This document shows, piece after piece, positions 9,589 to 18,465 of a stretch of 64,000 bases of DNA (position 1 is the stretch's first letter; every line of letters starts with the position of its first letter). This DNA comes from Parcubacteria group bacterium (lineage in GTDB: Bacteria > Patescibacteriota > Patescibacteriia > UBA1558 > GWA2-36-10), in NCBI GenBank assembly GCA_003104935.1, contig PQAE01000007.1, forward strand, positions 47,221 to 111,220. The letters are read 5' to 3'. The translations under genes were made by a program, and so were the position numbers. The notes beneath the pieces are model-generated. The model was not told the origin of the DNA. It was given only the letters and a program-made list of their open reading frames with translations, and did not search any database.

Positions 9589-9804
9589 ATGCGACAAGTA
9601 ATAAATATCTCCCTGCCTGATACTATGGCTAAAACAGTTAAAAAAGCTGTTAAAACTGGTGACTATTCCTCTACCAGCGAATTTTTTCGTCATTTAATAA
9701 GAGACTGGCAAGAAAATAAGCTAATGACTGAATTAAGTGAGAGTAGATTAGAACTAGCTAGTGGAAAAGGAATGGTTTTAAAATCCTTAAAAGATTTGCG
9801 ATAA
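9589..9804 (+). CDS. Ribbon-helix-helix (ParD/CopG-like) antitoxin
   Basis: VINISLPD...VKTGDYSSTSEFFRHLIR. Confidence 0.8.
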   Translation: MRQVINISLPDTMAKTVKKAVKTGDYSSTSEFFRHLIRDWQENKLMTELSESRLELASGKGMVLKSLKDLR

Positions 9805-9814
9805 TCCATTTTCT

Positions 9815-10075
9815 ATGGAAATTATTTATAGCTCAAAATTCGCTAGAGAGTATAGAAGGCTGCCAAAGGATGTGAAAGCTCTAGCTGAAACACAAGAAGC
9901 TATTTTTCGTAAAGATCCTTATGATCCGAGGCTAAAAACCCACAAGCTAAAAGGAAAGTTTGATGGGTTTTTATCTTTTTCTATTGGCTATAAATATAGG
10001 ATAATATTTGAATTCGCCAAAGGTAGAAAAACGGTATATTTTCACATAGTAGGAGATCATGATATTTATCAATAG
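9815..10075 (+). CDS. RelE/YafQ-superfamily mRNA interferase toxin
   Basis: IIYSSKFAREY...LKTHKLKG...YRIIF...VGDHDIY. Confidence 0.85.
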   Translation: MEIIYSSKFAREYRRLPKDVKALAETQEAIFRKDPYDPRLKTHKLKGKFDGFLSFSIGYKYRIIFEFAKGRKTVYFHIVGDHDIYQ

Positions 10076-10205
10076 ACCGGGTATTTCTCTAAAGCAAATT
10101 ATCTTTTCGCTACGGTGGTTTGTCCCGCAAAATTATACCACCTACGCTCAAAGATAACTTCGCATACGCACATCTGTTAGCTGGAAATATTCCTTTTCAA
10201 AAATC

Positions 10206-10580
10206 ATGAAAAATAAAAGAGCTGTTATAATAATTACAATGCTGATTATTGCCGGAATCTTTGTAATCGGCGCTGATTGGGCGAATGAGACAATTCATCG
10301 TTTCTTTCACAGCTATTTTGCTGATATTATTATTCCATTTGGATTTTACTTGCTCTTAATTTTAAATGAAGAAAATTTTGTTTTTCTTAAAAAATGGCAG
10401 GTAAAAGCCGGGACAGTATTTGCTTTATGTGCCCTATCTGAAACACTGCAATACTTTGATATTTATGCATTAGCAAGGGTTTTTGATCCTATAGACTATG
10501 TAATGTATGGTCTGGGAGTAATTTTTGCTGTTTTCGTTGATAGAGTTATTTTAAAAAAAATGTTCAGTTTCTGGCATTAA
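10206..10580 (+). CDS. Membrane protein, DUF2809/VanZ-like (last cassette; no downstream attC seen)
   Basis: Several TM helices; SETLQY and FDPIDYVMY. Confidence 0.6.
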   Translation: MKNKRAVIIITMLIIAGIFVIGADWANETIHRFFHSYFADIIIPFGFYLLLILNEENFVFLKKWQVKAGTVFALCALSETLQYFDIYALARVFDPIDYVMYGLGVIFAVFVDRVILKKMFSFWH

Positions 10581-10665
10581 AAAGTTGTAATACAAAAAAT
10601 TGCCAAATAATATTAAAGATATTGCATCAATTCTTTAGCCCTAAAATTTAAGAAAAAATAATTCA

Positions 10666-10704
10666 AACAAAAAATCCGGCGCTAGAGGCGCCGGATTTTT
10701 TGTT
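10666..10704. terminator. Bidirectional intrinsic terminator ending the array
   Basis: AACAAAAAATCCGGCGC-tagag-GCGCCGGATTTTTTGTT. Confidence 0.8.
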
Positions 10705-12307
10705 AATATTGACCTGGACACACAAACCCAGATTTTACCAAACTAGGATCGCTTTCATAAATCTTTAACGCGTTGGGACAATCACAATAGCTTCTAGCCG
10801 GCGCACATATATTTGGTTGGACAAAACGATTCCAGTAACAACCGGCATCGTTTGCACAAACACTATCACTAGCATAAAGCAAACATTGTTCTGTACTTTT
10901 TGGGATAGCCGCAAACCATTTTCCTCCCCCATTTTCGCAGATAGTACTAAAATTTGGTTTAATATCATTTAAGGGTACTAATAATCCTGCACCCAAAGGA
11001 TTATGTCCCGTCTGCATCTCTTGCCCATCAAGATATCCATCACCATCGGTATCCGGATTGCGAGGATCGGTGCCATAATAAGCTTCCAACTGATCGGTCA
11101 GACCGTCATTATCCGAATCTAACATACTATTTGTGGTAGTGGTTAACTCGGTCGGCATCAGGCTGGTCATAAACTGCTCCAGAGTCATAGCATCAGCCGG
11201 TGCGGCCAGTTGTTTGTCTGGGATAGACTCTATCATCAGACTAATTTCAAAACTAATGACAATATTATCGGCCGCAGACATTACTTGAAAATTATTATTT
11301 ATGAGTTCTAGGCCGTAGATAATATTATCCTTGGTTCCCAGCCACATATTTATTTCCATACCTTCCAGTGACATGACGATTTCTCCCAGAGCTTTAGGAT
11401 CTTCCTTGATTTTAGAAAAATAGGCCTGATCTAATTCCGTGCTGGCATAAGTTTGCGATAATAAATTAAAAAAATCTTGACCCTTGCCCGGAATGATGCG
11501 ATACTTTATTTTTTTTGCCTGGGCGGCGGAAATTTTTTTTATTTCGTGAGTATCGGTTATGGAAATAAGATTACTACGTCTTAATTTATTTATAAAATCT
11601 GTGTACTTTTTACTATACTGCTGAGCTAAATCACTCTGTTGTTGTCCCATGTTCGACTCAGGAATCGCTCCCCGTAATGACAACCATTTGTTCATCAAAT
11701 TATTAGGATCGCCTAAAATTCCCTGCAGTCCCGCTATACTTTTATCATCAAGACTGGTTAACTGCAAATAATAATCCGGGCCAATGGCAATATAATTTAA
11801 GCTAGCCAAAGTATTAAAATAATCGCTTTTAAAATCTACCTTAAAATCGCCTTCTGATCCTTTTTCATAGACATTAAAATTTGAACTGATTGTGTAGCTA
11901 GTATCTTTAAGATTATTAACCCCGAGTGGCAACAGAGTTCCTAGCTCACTGCCGGAACTCACCTGACTATTTCCAGCAAGGTTGAACTTAAGAGACGCCT
12001 GATATTCTCCGGTAACTTTAAAATTCTTCTCCGTCGTGCCCCAGGGCCAACTCATCTGTCGGCTCATCAGCATTGCCTGTCCCTGGGCATAATACCACCA
12101 TCCGCCTACGCCCGCTAAGACTAAAACAATCACCGCGATAATACCAATAATTAGCAATTTCTTACTGCCTCCCGTTTTTTGACTTTGCAGACGCTCGGTC
12201 AGGCCGGCCGGCGGCTGAGGCATGCCCGGATAGGCTTTAAAATTTGTCAGCTCCGGTGCGGCCGGACTAGGGTTGGTTTGATTAGCTTGGGGAGTTTGAT
12301 TTTCCAT
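10703..12307 (-). CDS. Membrane-anchored protein with TSP3-like Ca-binding repeats and Cys-rich C-terminus
   Basis: N-terminal TM; DSDNDGLTD..E..YGTDPRNPDTDGDGYLDG. Confidence 0.75.
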   Translation of the reverse strand: MENQTPQANQTNPSPAAPELTNFKAYPGMPQPPAGLTERLQSQKTGGSKKLLIIGIIAVIVLVLAGVGGWWYYAQGQAMLMSRQMSWPWGTTEKNFKVTGEYQASLKFNLAGNSQVSSGSELGTLLPLGVNNLKDTSYTISSNFNVYEKGSEGDFKVDFKSDYFNTLASLNYIAIGPDYYLQLTSLDDKSIAGLQGILGDPNNLMNKWLSLRGAIPESNMGQQQSDLAQQYSKKYTDFINKLRRSNLISITDTHEIKKISAAQAKKIKYRIIPGKGQDFFNLLSQTYASTELDQAYFSKIKEDPKALGEIVMSLEGMEINMWLGTKDNIIYGLELINNNFQVMSAADNIVISFEISLMIESIPDKQLAAPADAMTLEQFMTSLMPTELTTTTNSMLDSDNDGLTDQLEAYYGTDPRNPDTDGDGYLDGQEMQTGHNPLGAGLLVPLNDIKPNFSTICENGGGKWFAAIPKSTEQCLLYASDSVCANDAGCYWNRFVQPNICAPARSYCDCPNALKIYESDPSLVKSGFVCPGQY

Positions 12308-12349
12308 ATAAAATTTTAATACTTATTGCCTTTATTATAGCACAAATTA

Positions 12350-13045
12350 TTATTTTAATCTTTTTTGAACTGCCTTGCTCTGCAATTCCCGCAGAGCATC
12401 GGCCGCTATCCAACGGGCGCTTTTAGAATGCGATCGACTGATATCTCGGGCGGATTTTATAGCTAAGACATTGAGTTTTTTATTTCTTTTTCCGACTTGG
12501 CGCAAGGCCCAGTTGACGGCTTTGCGGACAAAATTCCGCTCATCAGTAGAATATTTTTTTATGATTGGGAAAAATTGAATAAATTTTGTGTTCGGGGAAA
12601 ACTTGTCGCCGATCGCTAAACAGGCGATAAGGGCAAAGCCGGCGCGACGGACATATTCCCGTCTGTCCTTTGACCATTTTTTTACTTTTTGAAAAGCCCG
12701 AGGTGTACGGCGGTAAAGATTTAGGCAAACCTGATCACAGACATCCCAAGAATCAAAATCTTGAGTCCAACTATCCATCTGTTGACTGGTAATTTTGTGT
12801 GGCTCGGCGATCATGCCAGCTAGGATGCGGGCCTCATGGATCTCTGTCCGCCACAAAGACAAAGCCAGACCATGGTCTTGGCCAATTTGTCTGGCTAGTT
12901 GACGAAGTATGGGGATTTTTACCCCCCAAGGTTTTTTAGCTTTAATACCGAAAGCCATCATCCCCTGCACCGTCTTCGGCTGGCGATATCTTTTGAGATG
13001 TGCGATGACCTGTGCTGTAGTCATTATTTTAATTCCAGAGAACAC
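12350..13045 (-). CDS. DNA alkylation repair protein, AlkD family (start probably 13024)
   Basis: FDSWDVCD, DERNFVRKAVNWALRQVGKRN. Confidence 0.85.
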   Translation of the reverse strand: MFSGIKIMTTAQVIAHLKRYRQPKTVQGMMAFGIKAKKPWGVKIPILRQLARQIGQDHGLALSLWRTEIHEARILAGMIAEPHKITSQQMDSWTQDFDSWDVCDQVCLNLYRRTPRAFQKVKKWSKDRREYVRRAGFALIACLAIGDKFSPNTKFIQFFPIIKKYSTDERNFVRKAVNWALRQVGKRNKKLNVLAIKSARDISRSHSKSARWIAADALRELQSKAVQKRLK

Positions 13046-13770
13046 GGCTGATCATCAGCACAATCATAATACAAACTCAGTTCTAATATTTTACCCGGTC
13101 TCCAGGAGGAAATAAAACTGTAGAGATTTATATTTTTGCCGGCGCCGAAAAGTTTTAACGCATCAAGCTCACTGGGCGTTCGGCTCTCATCATAAGGAAT
13201 GGCTGGTAGATAACTTATTTTTTCCAGGGGGAATAATAATTCCGTAGCGTCGCTATTTGGTGTAGCCAATGTATTTGGACGGAAAAGGTGCCCTCCAAAA
13301 TTTGCTAACTTTAGATAAAAACTATCAAATTTGGTCATTTTTTTGTCCTCCACGACGGCTCTGACATAGACATAAGCGTCGGCGATTTCCCCGTTCTGAC
13401 GGATATTTACTATTTTGATTTTACTGTTATCCAAAACCGAATTCGGCGTCCAAGAAACAAAATCTTTGGCTATTTCCAGTTTTTGCATCTGAGACAAGCG
13501 CGCATAATCCGGAAAATTTGCCAGGTCCTGACTGATATTATCCGTACTGGTAGCATTGGCGTTTTGATTATTGGTATTAAGGGACGGTTTCCAATTTTTT
13601 ATTACCAGAAAAAATAAAACTATGATCACCGCTATGATGCCGGCGATTAATTTCCAGCGGCTCTGGCCGCGGCTGGCTCCCTCTATCTCAGCGCTATAGT
13701 CCGGGTGGTGCTGAGGCGTGGCACTGGGTGGTGTGGACTGATTTTGACTGAGATCTTTTTCTTCTTCCAT
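13024..13770 (-). CDS. Hypothetical membrane-anchored protein
   Basis: 248-aa ORF with one TM helix. Confidence 0.7.
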   Translation of the reverse strand: MEEEKDLSQNQSTPPSATPQHHPDYSAEIEGASRGQSRWKLIAGIIAVIIVLFFLVIKNWKPSLNTNNQNANATSTDNISQDLANFPDYARLSQMQKLEIAKDFVSWTPNSVLDNSKIKIVNIRQNGEIADAYVYVRAVVEDKKMTKFDSFYLKLANFGGHLFRPNTLATPNSDATELLFPLEKISYLPAIPYDESRTPSELDALKLFGAGKNINLYSFISSWRPGKILELSLYYDCADDQPCSLELK

Positions 13771-13785
13771 AGCTGAAATATTAAA

Positions 13786-14703
13786 TTATAAATTAACCGA
13801 TATTTTTTTTAAATTATGCTGATCCAATAAACGAAAACTATACCAAGCCACTACGCCCAGGACTACCAAACCGACCAACCCTCCTGGGCCGCCTATAAAG
13901 TGATTAAAGGCCGGAAATATCATCGCCCAGATACCATAGGCTTGAGAATTGAAAACGCCGTGGGCCCAACCGGCCAATATACTACTACCCGAGTGTAAAC
14001 GTAAATATCCGATATAAATTCCTAGGAAGGTGGCCATAGCTATAAAGAATAAAGCTCCCAGCCAAACATTAGAATATCCGCCAAAACCCAGGAGGACAAC
14101 AAAGGGCACGTGCCACAATCCCCAAATCAGTCCGCTGATGACCAGAGCTTTTTTTTCGCCGAGCGGCAACAAGTGTGGTAAGAGATGACCTCGCCAGCCC
14201 AGTTCCTCTCCTAGACCAGCTACGGAATTGACAAAAGGGGTAAATAAAAAGGTGAACAGAAATATTATCAGCACGATCAGCGGACCGGGCAAAGGTAAGG
14301 TCAGACCATATTGGGAGGCAAATCCGCTTAAAGAAAAATCCACCGGCGCTCCCAAAATGTAGGTTAAGGTATAGATTATAATAAACACGGCCGGTATGAG
14401 TAGCCAGACATTAAGATAATTTTTGAAAGCTCCCCAGTGCCAGCCCGCAGTCGCCCAACCCTCTTTAGTGATAAACTGCCGGGTGATAATCGTGGCGATG
14501 GTCGGCAAAAACATTAAACCGGCTAAAACCAGCTGAGCGGACAAAGCTCCGGCTACCATCTTCATCTGCAAGCCAGCCATCACCCCGACGACTATCAAGG
14601 TCAGGCCAAAAGTGATGATAATATAGGAATATAGGGATTTTTTGTTGATTTTCTGATCCATATTTATCCCCTCTATTCTATCGCATTCATCAAAATAATC
14701 CAA
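13786..14703 (-). CDS. CPBP (Abi/CAAX) family intramembrane metalloprotease
   Basis: GEELGWRG, WGLWH, HGVFN motifs. Confidence 0.9.
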   Translation of the reverse strand: MDYFDECDRIEGINMDQKINKKSLYSYIIITFGLTLIVVGVMAGLQMKMVAGALSAQLVLAGLMFLPTIATIITRQFITKEGWATAGWHWGAFKNYLNVWLLIPAVFIIIYTLTYILGAPVDFSLSGFASQYGLTLPLPGPLIVLIIFLFTFLFTPFVNSVAGLGEELGWRGHLLPHLLPLGEKKALVISGLIWGLWHVPFVVLLGFGGYSNVWLGALFFIAMATFLGIYIGYLRLHSGSSILAGWAHGVFNSQAYGIWAMIFPAFNHFIGGPGGLVGLVVLGVVAWYSFRLLDQHNLKKISVNL

Positions 14704-14799
14704 TCCCTCAAATAAAGTTTGACAAATAGTCTTAATCAGATGAAAATATAACCATTAATCGTTCTATACAACCTCTACCTTTCTCTGCGGAGGAAAAAA

Positions 14800-15144
14800 A
14801 TGAGAACCGATAATGTCGTCGCTATCACCCATCTTTGGCAAGCCACCTACATGAATGAACTGCCGCTTATCAAGTGCGGTCTCGTGGACCGCTGGATGAT
14901 CCTATCGTCGGAATACCACCTTCAAGTTTTACCCGATGACTATGTCGAGTTCAGCGGACGGGTTCTCTGCCGAATCACTGGTGTTCGCCGGTATGACAGT
15001 TTTGCCGCGCTACTGGCGCGCGAAGATACCGCGCGGATCGACCCCGACTCCAGCGCCGAGGAACTCCTCGGTCTCTGGAGGGCTAAGTATAGCCCCGAGC
15101 AAGAAAATGAAGGAGTGTTTATCGCTCAATTTTGTGTTGTTTAA
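14800..15144 (+). CDS. ASCH/PUA-like domain protein
   Basis: ITGVRRYDSFAALL..YSPEQENEGV; own TTGACA promoter, GGAGG SD and terminator. Confidence 0.6.
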   Translation: MRTDNVVAITHLWQATYMNELPLIKCGLVDRWMILSSEYHLQVLPDDYVEFSGRVLCRITGVRRYDSFAALLAREDTARIDPDSSAEELLGLWRAKYSPEQENEGVFIAQFCVV

Positions 15145-15256
15145 AACAACGCAATATCTATAGACCCTGTCGCGCTTAGCGTGACGGGGTCTATACAAAT
15201 AAAAGCTTTATTTTTTCTCATTTTACCGCTATAATCAAGATAAATTATAGCAATTC

Positions 15257-15346
15257 GGTGGGCTGGCCGAGTGGTTGAAGGCGCTAGTCTCGAAAACTGG
15301 TATACCTGTAAGGGTATCGTGAGTTCGAATCTCACGCCCACCGCCA
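15257..15346 (+). tRNA. tRNA-Ser(CGA)
   Basis: GGTGGGC/GCCCACC acceptor stem, CT-CGA-AA loop, long variable arm, GTTCGAATC, encoded CCA. Confidence 0.95.
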
Positions 15347-15380
15347 CACTTCGCGTCAGCCAAGGAAATAAAATAAAAAT

Positions 15381-15932
15381 ATGCCCAACAACGAATATCA
15401 AAATCTCGGACCAAAAACATTATTTATTTTCATCTTTGGCAATACTATGCTGGCGGTGATGGTTTTGTTGGTTTTATTAGTTGCCTGGTGGCTGATAAAT
15501 TTTTTCGGCAATAGCCAATTGATTGATCAATCGTTGCCACTAATCAATTCCCTGATGCCTCTGCTAATAATTGTTGATTTGATTTTTTTTATTATCATGA
15601 CCCTGATTGCCCGTTGGCAATATACAAATTACAAATTTAAAATTGACGATGACGCTTTTCGAGTAATGCATGGCATCCTGACTCGCGAAGAAATCGCCAT
15701 GCCCTATCGCCGGATAGAAAGCGTGGATTTGAAGCAGACTTTATTTTACCAAATACTGGGTGTCAGCTAGGTCACGATTGAAACCGTGTCCGATATGGAG
15801 TCAGAGGGCGATGTGAAAAATTATAACCGTGATGATGAGGTCCTGCCGGCCATTGACCGCCATCTGGCCGAGACTATACAACACGAGCTGACTAGCCGGG
15901 CCAATATCCAAAAAATGCATTTACACGATTAA
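15381..15932 (+). pseudogene. bPH_2 (YdbS-like) membrane protein interrupted by in-frame TAG at 15768-15770
   Basis: HGILTREEIAMPYRRIESVD..Q..LGVS*VTIET; frame stays open to TAA at 15932. Confidence 0.65.
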
Positions 15933-15948
15933 AATTTAAAAAAAATAT

Positions 15949-16098
15949 ATGAGAAAAAATTGGGCTCTAGGATTCCTGGGATTTATGGGCATCAGAGGAA
16001 TCGTCGGAATTATGCACGGCGACTGGTTAGAAGCTGTTTGGATCTGTTGGCTAGCCTGGTTTGCCGCCTTTATTCCGGAGAAAGATGATAAAAATTAG
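15949..16098 (+). CDS. Small membrane protein (49 aa)
   Basis: Manual translation MRKNWALGFLGFMGIRG...WFAAFIPEKDDKN; fills the gap in the operon. Confidence 0.6.
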   Translation: MRKNWALGFLGFMGIRGIVGIMHGDWLEAVWICWLAWFAAFIPEKDDKN

Positions 16099-16290
16099 TT
16101 GAAAACTATGGACAACCAAAAAAAGGGTAGCAGCGTGGCCAGTGGCGCTTATGGCCTGGGTTTTATCGGGGCGGCCATTTATTTTATCCAACATGCCGGC
16201 GATTTTTGGCTGGGAGTGCTGGGAGTGCTCAAGGCGCTAGTCTGGCCGGCTTTCCTGGTTTATAAACTACTGGAGTTTCTAAAGATGTAA
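16099..16290 (+). CDS. Small membrane protein
   Basis: YGLGFIGAAIYFIQHA..LKALVWPAFLVY. Confidence 0.7.
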   Translation: MKTMDNQKKGSSVASGAYGLGFIGAAIYFIQHAGDFWLGVLGVLKALVWPAFLVYKLLEFLKM

Positions 16291-16315
16291 GATAATTTTA
16301 TAATCAAAAATAAAA

Positions 16316-17245
16316 ATGTTTAACCTAATACTGCTTTTAGCCGCTCTTTTATTATTAATCGTCAGTGCTAATTTTGCCAACAAATACGCCACTAGATTAG
16401 CCCAGGCCTTGCGACTACCCAAATATATTGTCGGCTTTATTGTGGTGGCCATTATATCTATCCTTCCGGAAACATTTATAGCCATAAACTCCGCCTTGGC
16501 GGGCGTACCCTCTTTTGGCTTAGGTACACTCTTTGGTTCCAACGTGGCTGATCTTACTCTGGTCTTTACTATTATAATATTTACTACTACCCGTGGCCTG
16601 AAAATCAGTAGCCAGATTTTAGATAATAATAAATGGTATCCGAGTATGCTGGCGCTGCCGATTCTGGTAGGCTGGGACGGTTACTACTCGCGTACCGAGG
16701 GCGTTATGCTTATCATCGCCGGTTTTTTATTTTACTTTTGGGTCTTGCGTCGTAATCCCCGTCTGCCCCTGAGCGACAAAAAAATAAATACTCATTTGCT
16801 CGCAGACATTTTTTTCTTGCTGGTGAGTATGGCCACACTGCTCTGGGCCTCGTACCTGACGGTAGAATATGGCGTAGCCTTTGCCCAGACGATACGGCTA
16901 AACCCGGCTCTGATCGCCATGTTGATCGTCGGCGTCGGCACCACTTTACCGGAGTTGTCTTTTTCTCTGATTGCCGTGCGCCACAAGGGCGAGGGTTTGG
17001 CTCTGGGAGACATCCTCGGCACGGTCATTTCTGACGCGACTATCGCCGTAGGTATCATCGCCATAATCAGCCCATTTTATTTCCCCCAAAGAATTATCTA
17101 TATTACCGCCATGTTTATGGTCGTGGCCGCTATGCTACTTTTCACTCTGATGCGCTCAGGAAAATTACTTACCAAGCAGGAAGGAGTGTTTCTCCTTTTA
17201 TTCTACATATTTTTTATTTTGACGGAGTATCTGCTAAATGGATAA
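16316..17245 (+). CDS. Sodium:calcium antiporter (CaCA family)
   Basis: Alpha repeats SILPE..GTLFGSN and GTTLPE..GDILGT. Confidence 0.9.
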   Translation: MFNLILLLAALLLLIVSANFANKYATRLAQALRLPKYIVGFIVVAIISILPETFIAINSALAGVPSFGLGTLFGSNVADLTLVFTIIIFTTTRGLKISSQILDNNKWYPSMLALPILVGWDGYYSRTEGVMLIIAGFLFYFWVLRRNPRLPLSDKKINTHLLADIFFLLVSMATLLWASYLTVEYGVAFAQTIRLNPALIAMLIVGVGTTLPELSFSLIAVRHKGEGLALGDILGTVISDATIAVGIIAIISPFYFPQRIIYITAMFMVVAAMLLFTLMRSGKLLTKQEGVFLLLFYIFFILTEYLLNG

Positions 17246-17247
17246 TT

Positions 17248-17718
17248 ATGAGGAATCTAAAAATACCCTACCACCGCCAACAAAATAATTTTTATTGCGG
17301 TCCGGCCAGTTTGCAGATGGCTCTGGCTTTTTTTAAATACTTTCAGCCGCAGACTAGCCTGGCTCGACAATTAAAAACTAGTCCCCGGCTGGGTACAAAT
17401 AATCAGCGTATGGTCAAGGTCGCTCAGGAGCACGGCTTTGCCAGTTTTGCCAAAAAAAATTCTAAGTTATCCGATATTAAATTTTTTTTGAAAAATAAAC
17501 TGCCGGTAATCATCAACTATCGGGAACCATCAGAAAACGAATATCACTTTGCCCTGATCTCCGGCTTGGATGACCAAGCAGTGCGTCTGGCCGACCCGCA
17601 TAACGGCCACAATTTTAAATTAAAAAAAACTATCTTTTTACGCCGCTGGCGGGACAGTCGTAATATCTATAAAAAGTGGTTTATGGTGATCGCCCCTAAA
17701 AAATATATTAACAAATAA
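17248..17718 (+). CDS. C39 family peptidase
   Basis: QQNNFYCGPASL, HFALI, LADP. Confidence 0.8.
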   Translation: MRNLKIPYHRQQNNFYCGPASLQMALAFFKYFQPQTSLARQLKTSPRLGTNNQRMVKVAQEHGFASFAKKNSKLSDIKFFLKNKLPVIINYREPSENEYHFALISGLDDQAVRLADPHNGHNFKLKKTIFLRRWRDSRNIYKKWFMVIAPKKYINK

Positions 17719-17722
17719 GCTT

Positions 17723-18241
17723 ATGATAAAAAATAAATTTTTCTGGATAGCCCTGATCTTTATGCTGGTCGCCCTGATAATATATCTGGGTACACCTAAA
17801 AAAACCGTGGCTCCGGGTGCACCGAACACCGCGGTACCGGAAACGATATCCTATGATAATTCCCAATATGGCTTTTCTTTTGCCCTAGCAAATAGCTGGA
17901 GGGGATATTCTGTTATTAGTAGTGAATGGCGGGGCCTGACGACCGATGCCCAAAATGGTGAAGTCGCCACTACCACCGGCCCGCTAATTTCCATCCGCCA
18001 CCCGCTTTGGACTGGAGAAAATCCTCGACAAGATATACCGATTATGGTTCTGACAATATACCAGTGGAATGAATTACAACAAGACAAATTTCACATCGGT
18101 GCCGCCCCGATCAGACCGAGTGAACTGGGACGCAATGACAAATACGTTTTTGCCTTACCGGCACGCTATAATTTTGCTTTTCCGACCGGGTATGAAGAGG
18201 TAGAACAAATCCTGCAAGCTAAACCCCTAAAAGCTTATTAA
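17723..18241 (+). CDS. Hypothetical exported protein
   Basis: N-terminal TM; in operon. Confidence 0.7.
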   Translation: MIKNKFFWIALIFMLVALIIYLGTPKKTVAPGAPNTAVPETISYDNSQYGFSFALANSWRGYSVISSEWRGLTTDAQNGEVATTTGPLISIRHPLWTGENPRQDIPIMVLTIYQWNELQQDKFHIGAAPIRPSELGRNDKYVFALPARYNFAFPTGYEEVEQILQAKPLKAY

Positions 18242-18246
18242 TATTT

Positions 18247-18462
18247 ATGAAAAATCCTTGGTTTAAAAAAGCCTGCTGGATTCATTATCCGGTTTCATTC
18301 AGCGGCTATGTCATCACTATATTGATCTTAGCTTTTTGCGTGCAGGTTTTTATGGCCGTTGATTCCCGCTCCCACTCGGTTAGTGATACTCTCTATGGAG
18401 CATTCCCTTTTATCGTGCCGGCTTTGTTGGTTTGGGATTGGATAGCCGAGAAAACTAGCTAA
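18247..18462 (+). CDS. Small membrane protein
   Basis: PWFKK..YPVS..G; two TM helices. Confidence 0.65.
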   Translation: MKNPWFKKACWIHYPVSFSGYVITILILAFCVQVFMAVDSRSHSVSDTLYGAFPFIVPALLVWDWIAEKTS

Positions 18463-18465
18463 TAA

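Larger units (their letters stand above)
9486..10182 (+). repeat. Branched attC-like site 5 (encloses the TA pair)
   Basis: GCCCAAC-ACC-GCGTATGCG ... CGCATACGC-ACATCT-GTTAGCT; 14-bp IR 9506-9519/10079-10092. Confidence 0.8.
3162..10580. mobile_element. Integron-like gene cassette array: 6 outer cassettes plus 5 attC-nested gene units
   Basis: Integrase plus 12 co-oriented AT-rich genes separated by recurring AAC...GTT bounded hairpin sites. Confidence 0.85.

Noticed and set aside
4897-10182. CRISPR array or IS elements as an explanation of the recurring repeats
   Set aside because: The spacers are whole genes, the repeats covary as hairpins, and no cas gene or transposase is present.
15768-15770. 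Stop-codon reassignment
   Set aside because: Single case; TAG, TGA and TAA all terminate conserved genes in this window.
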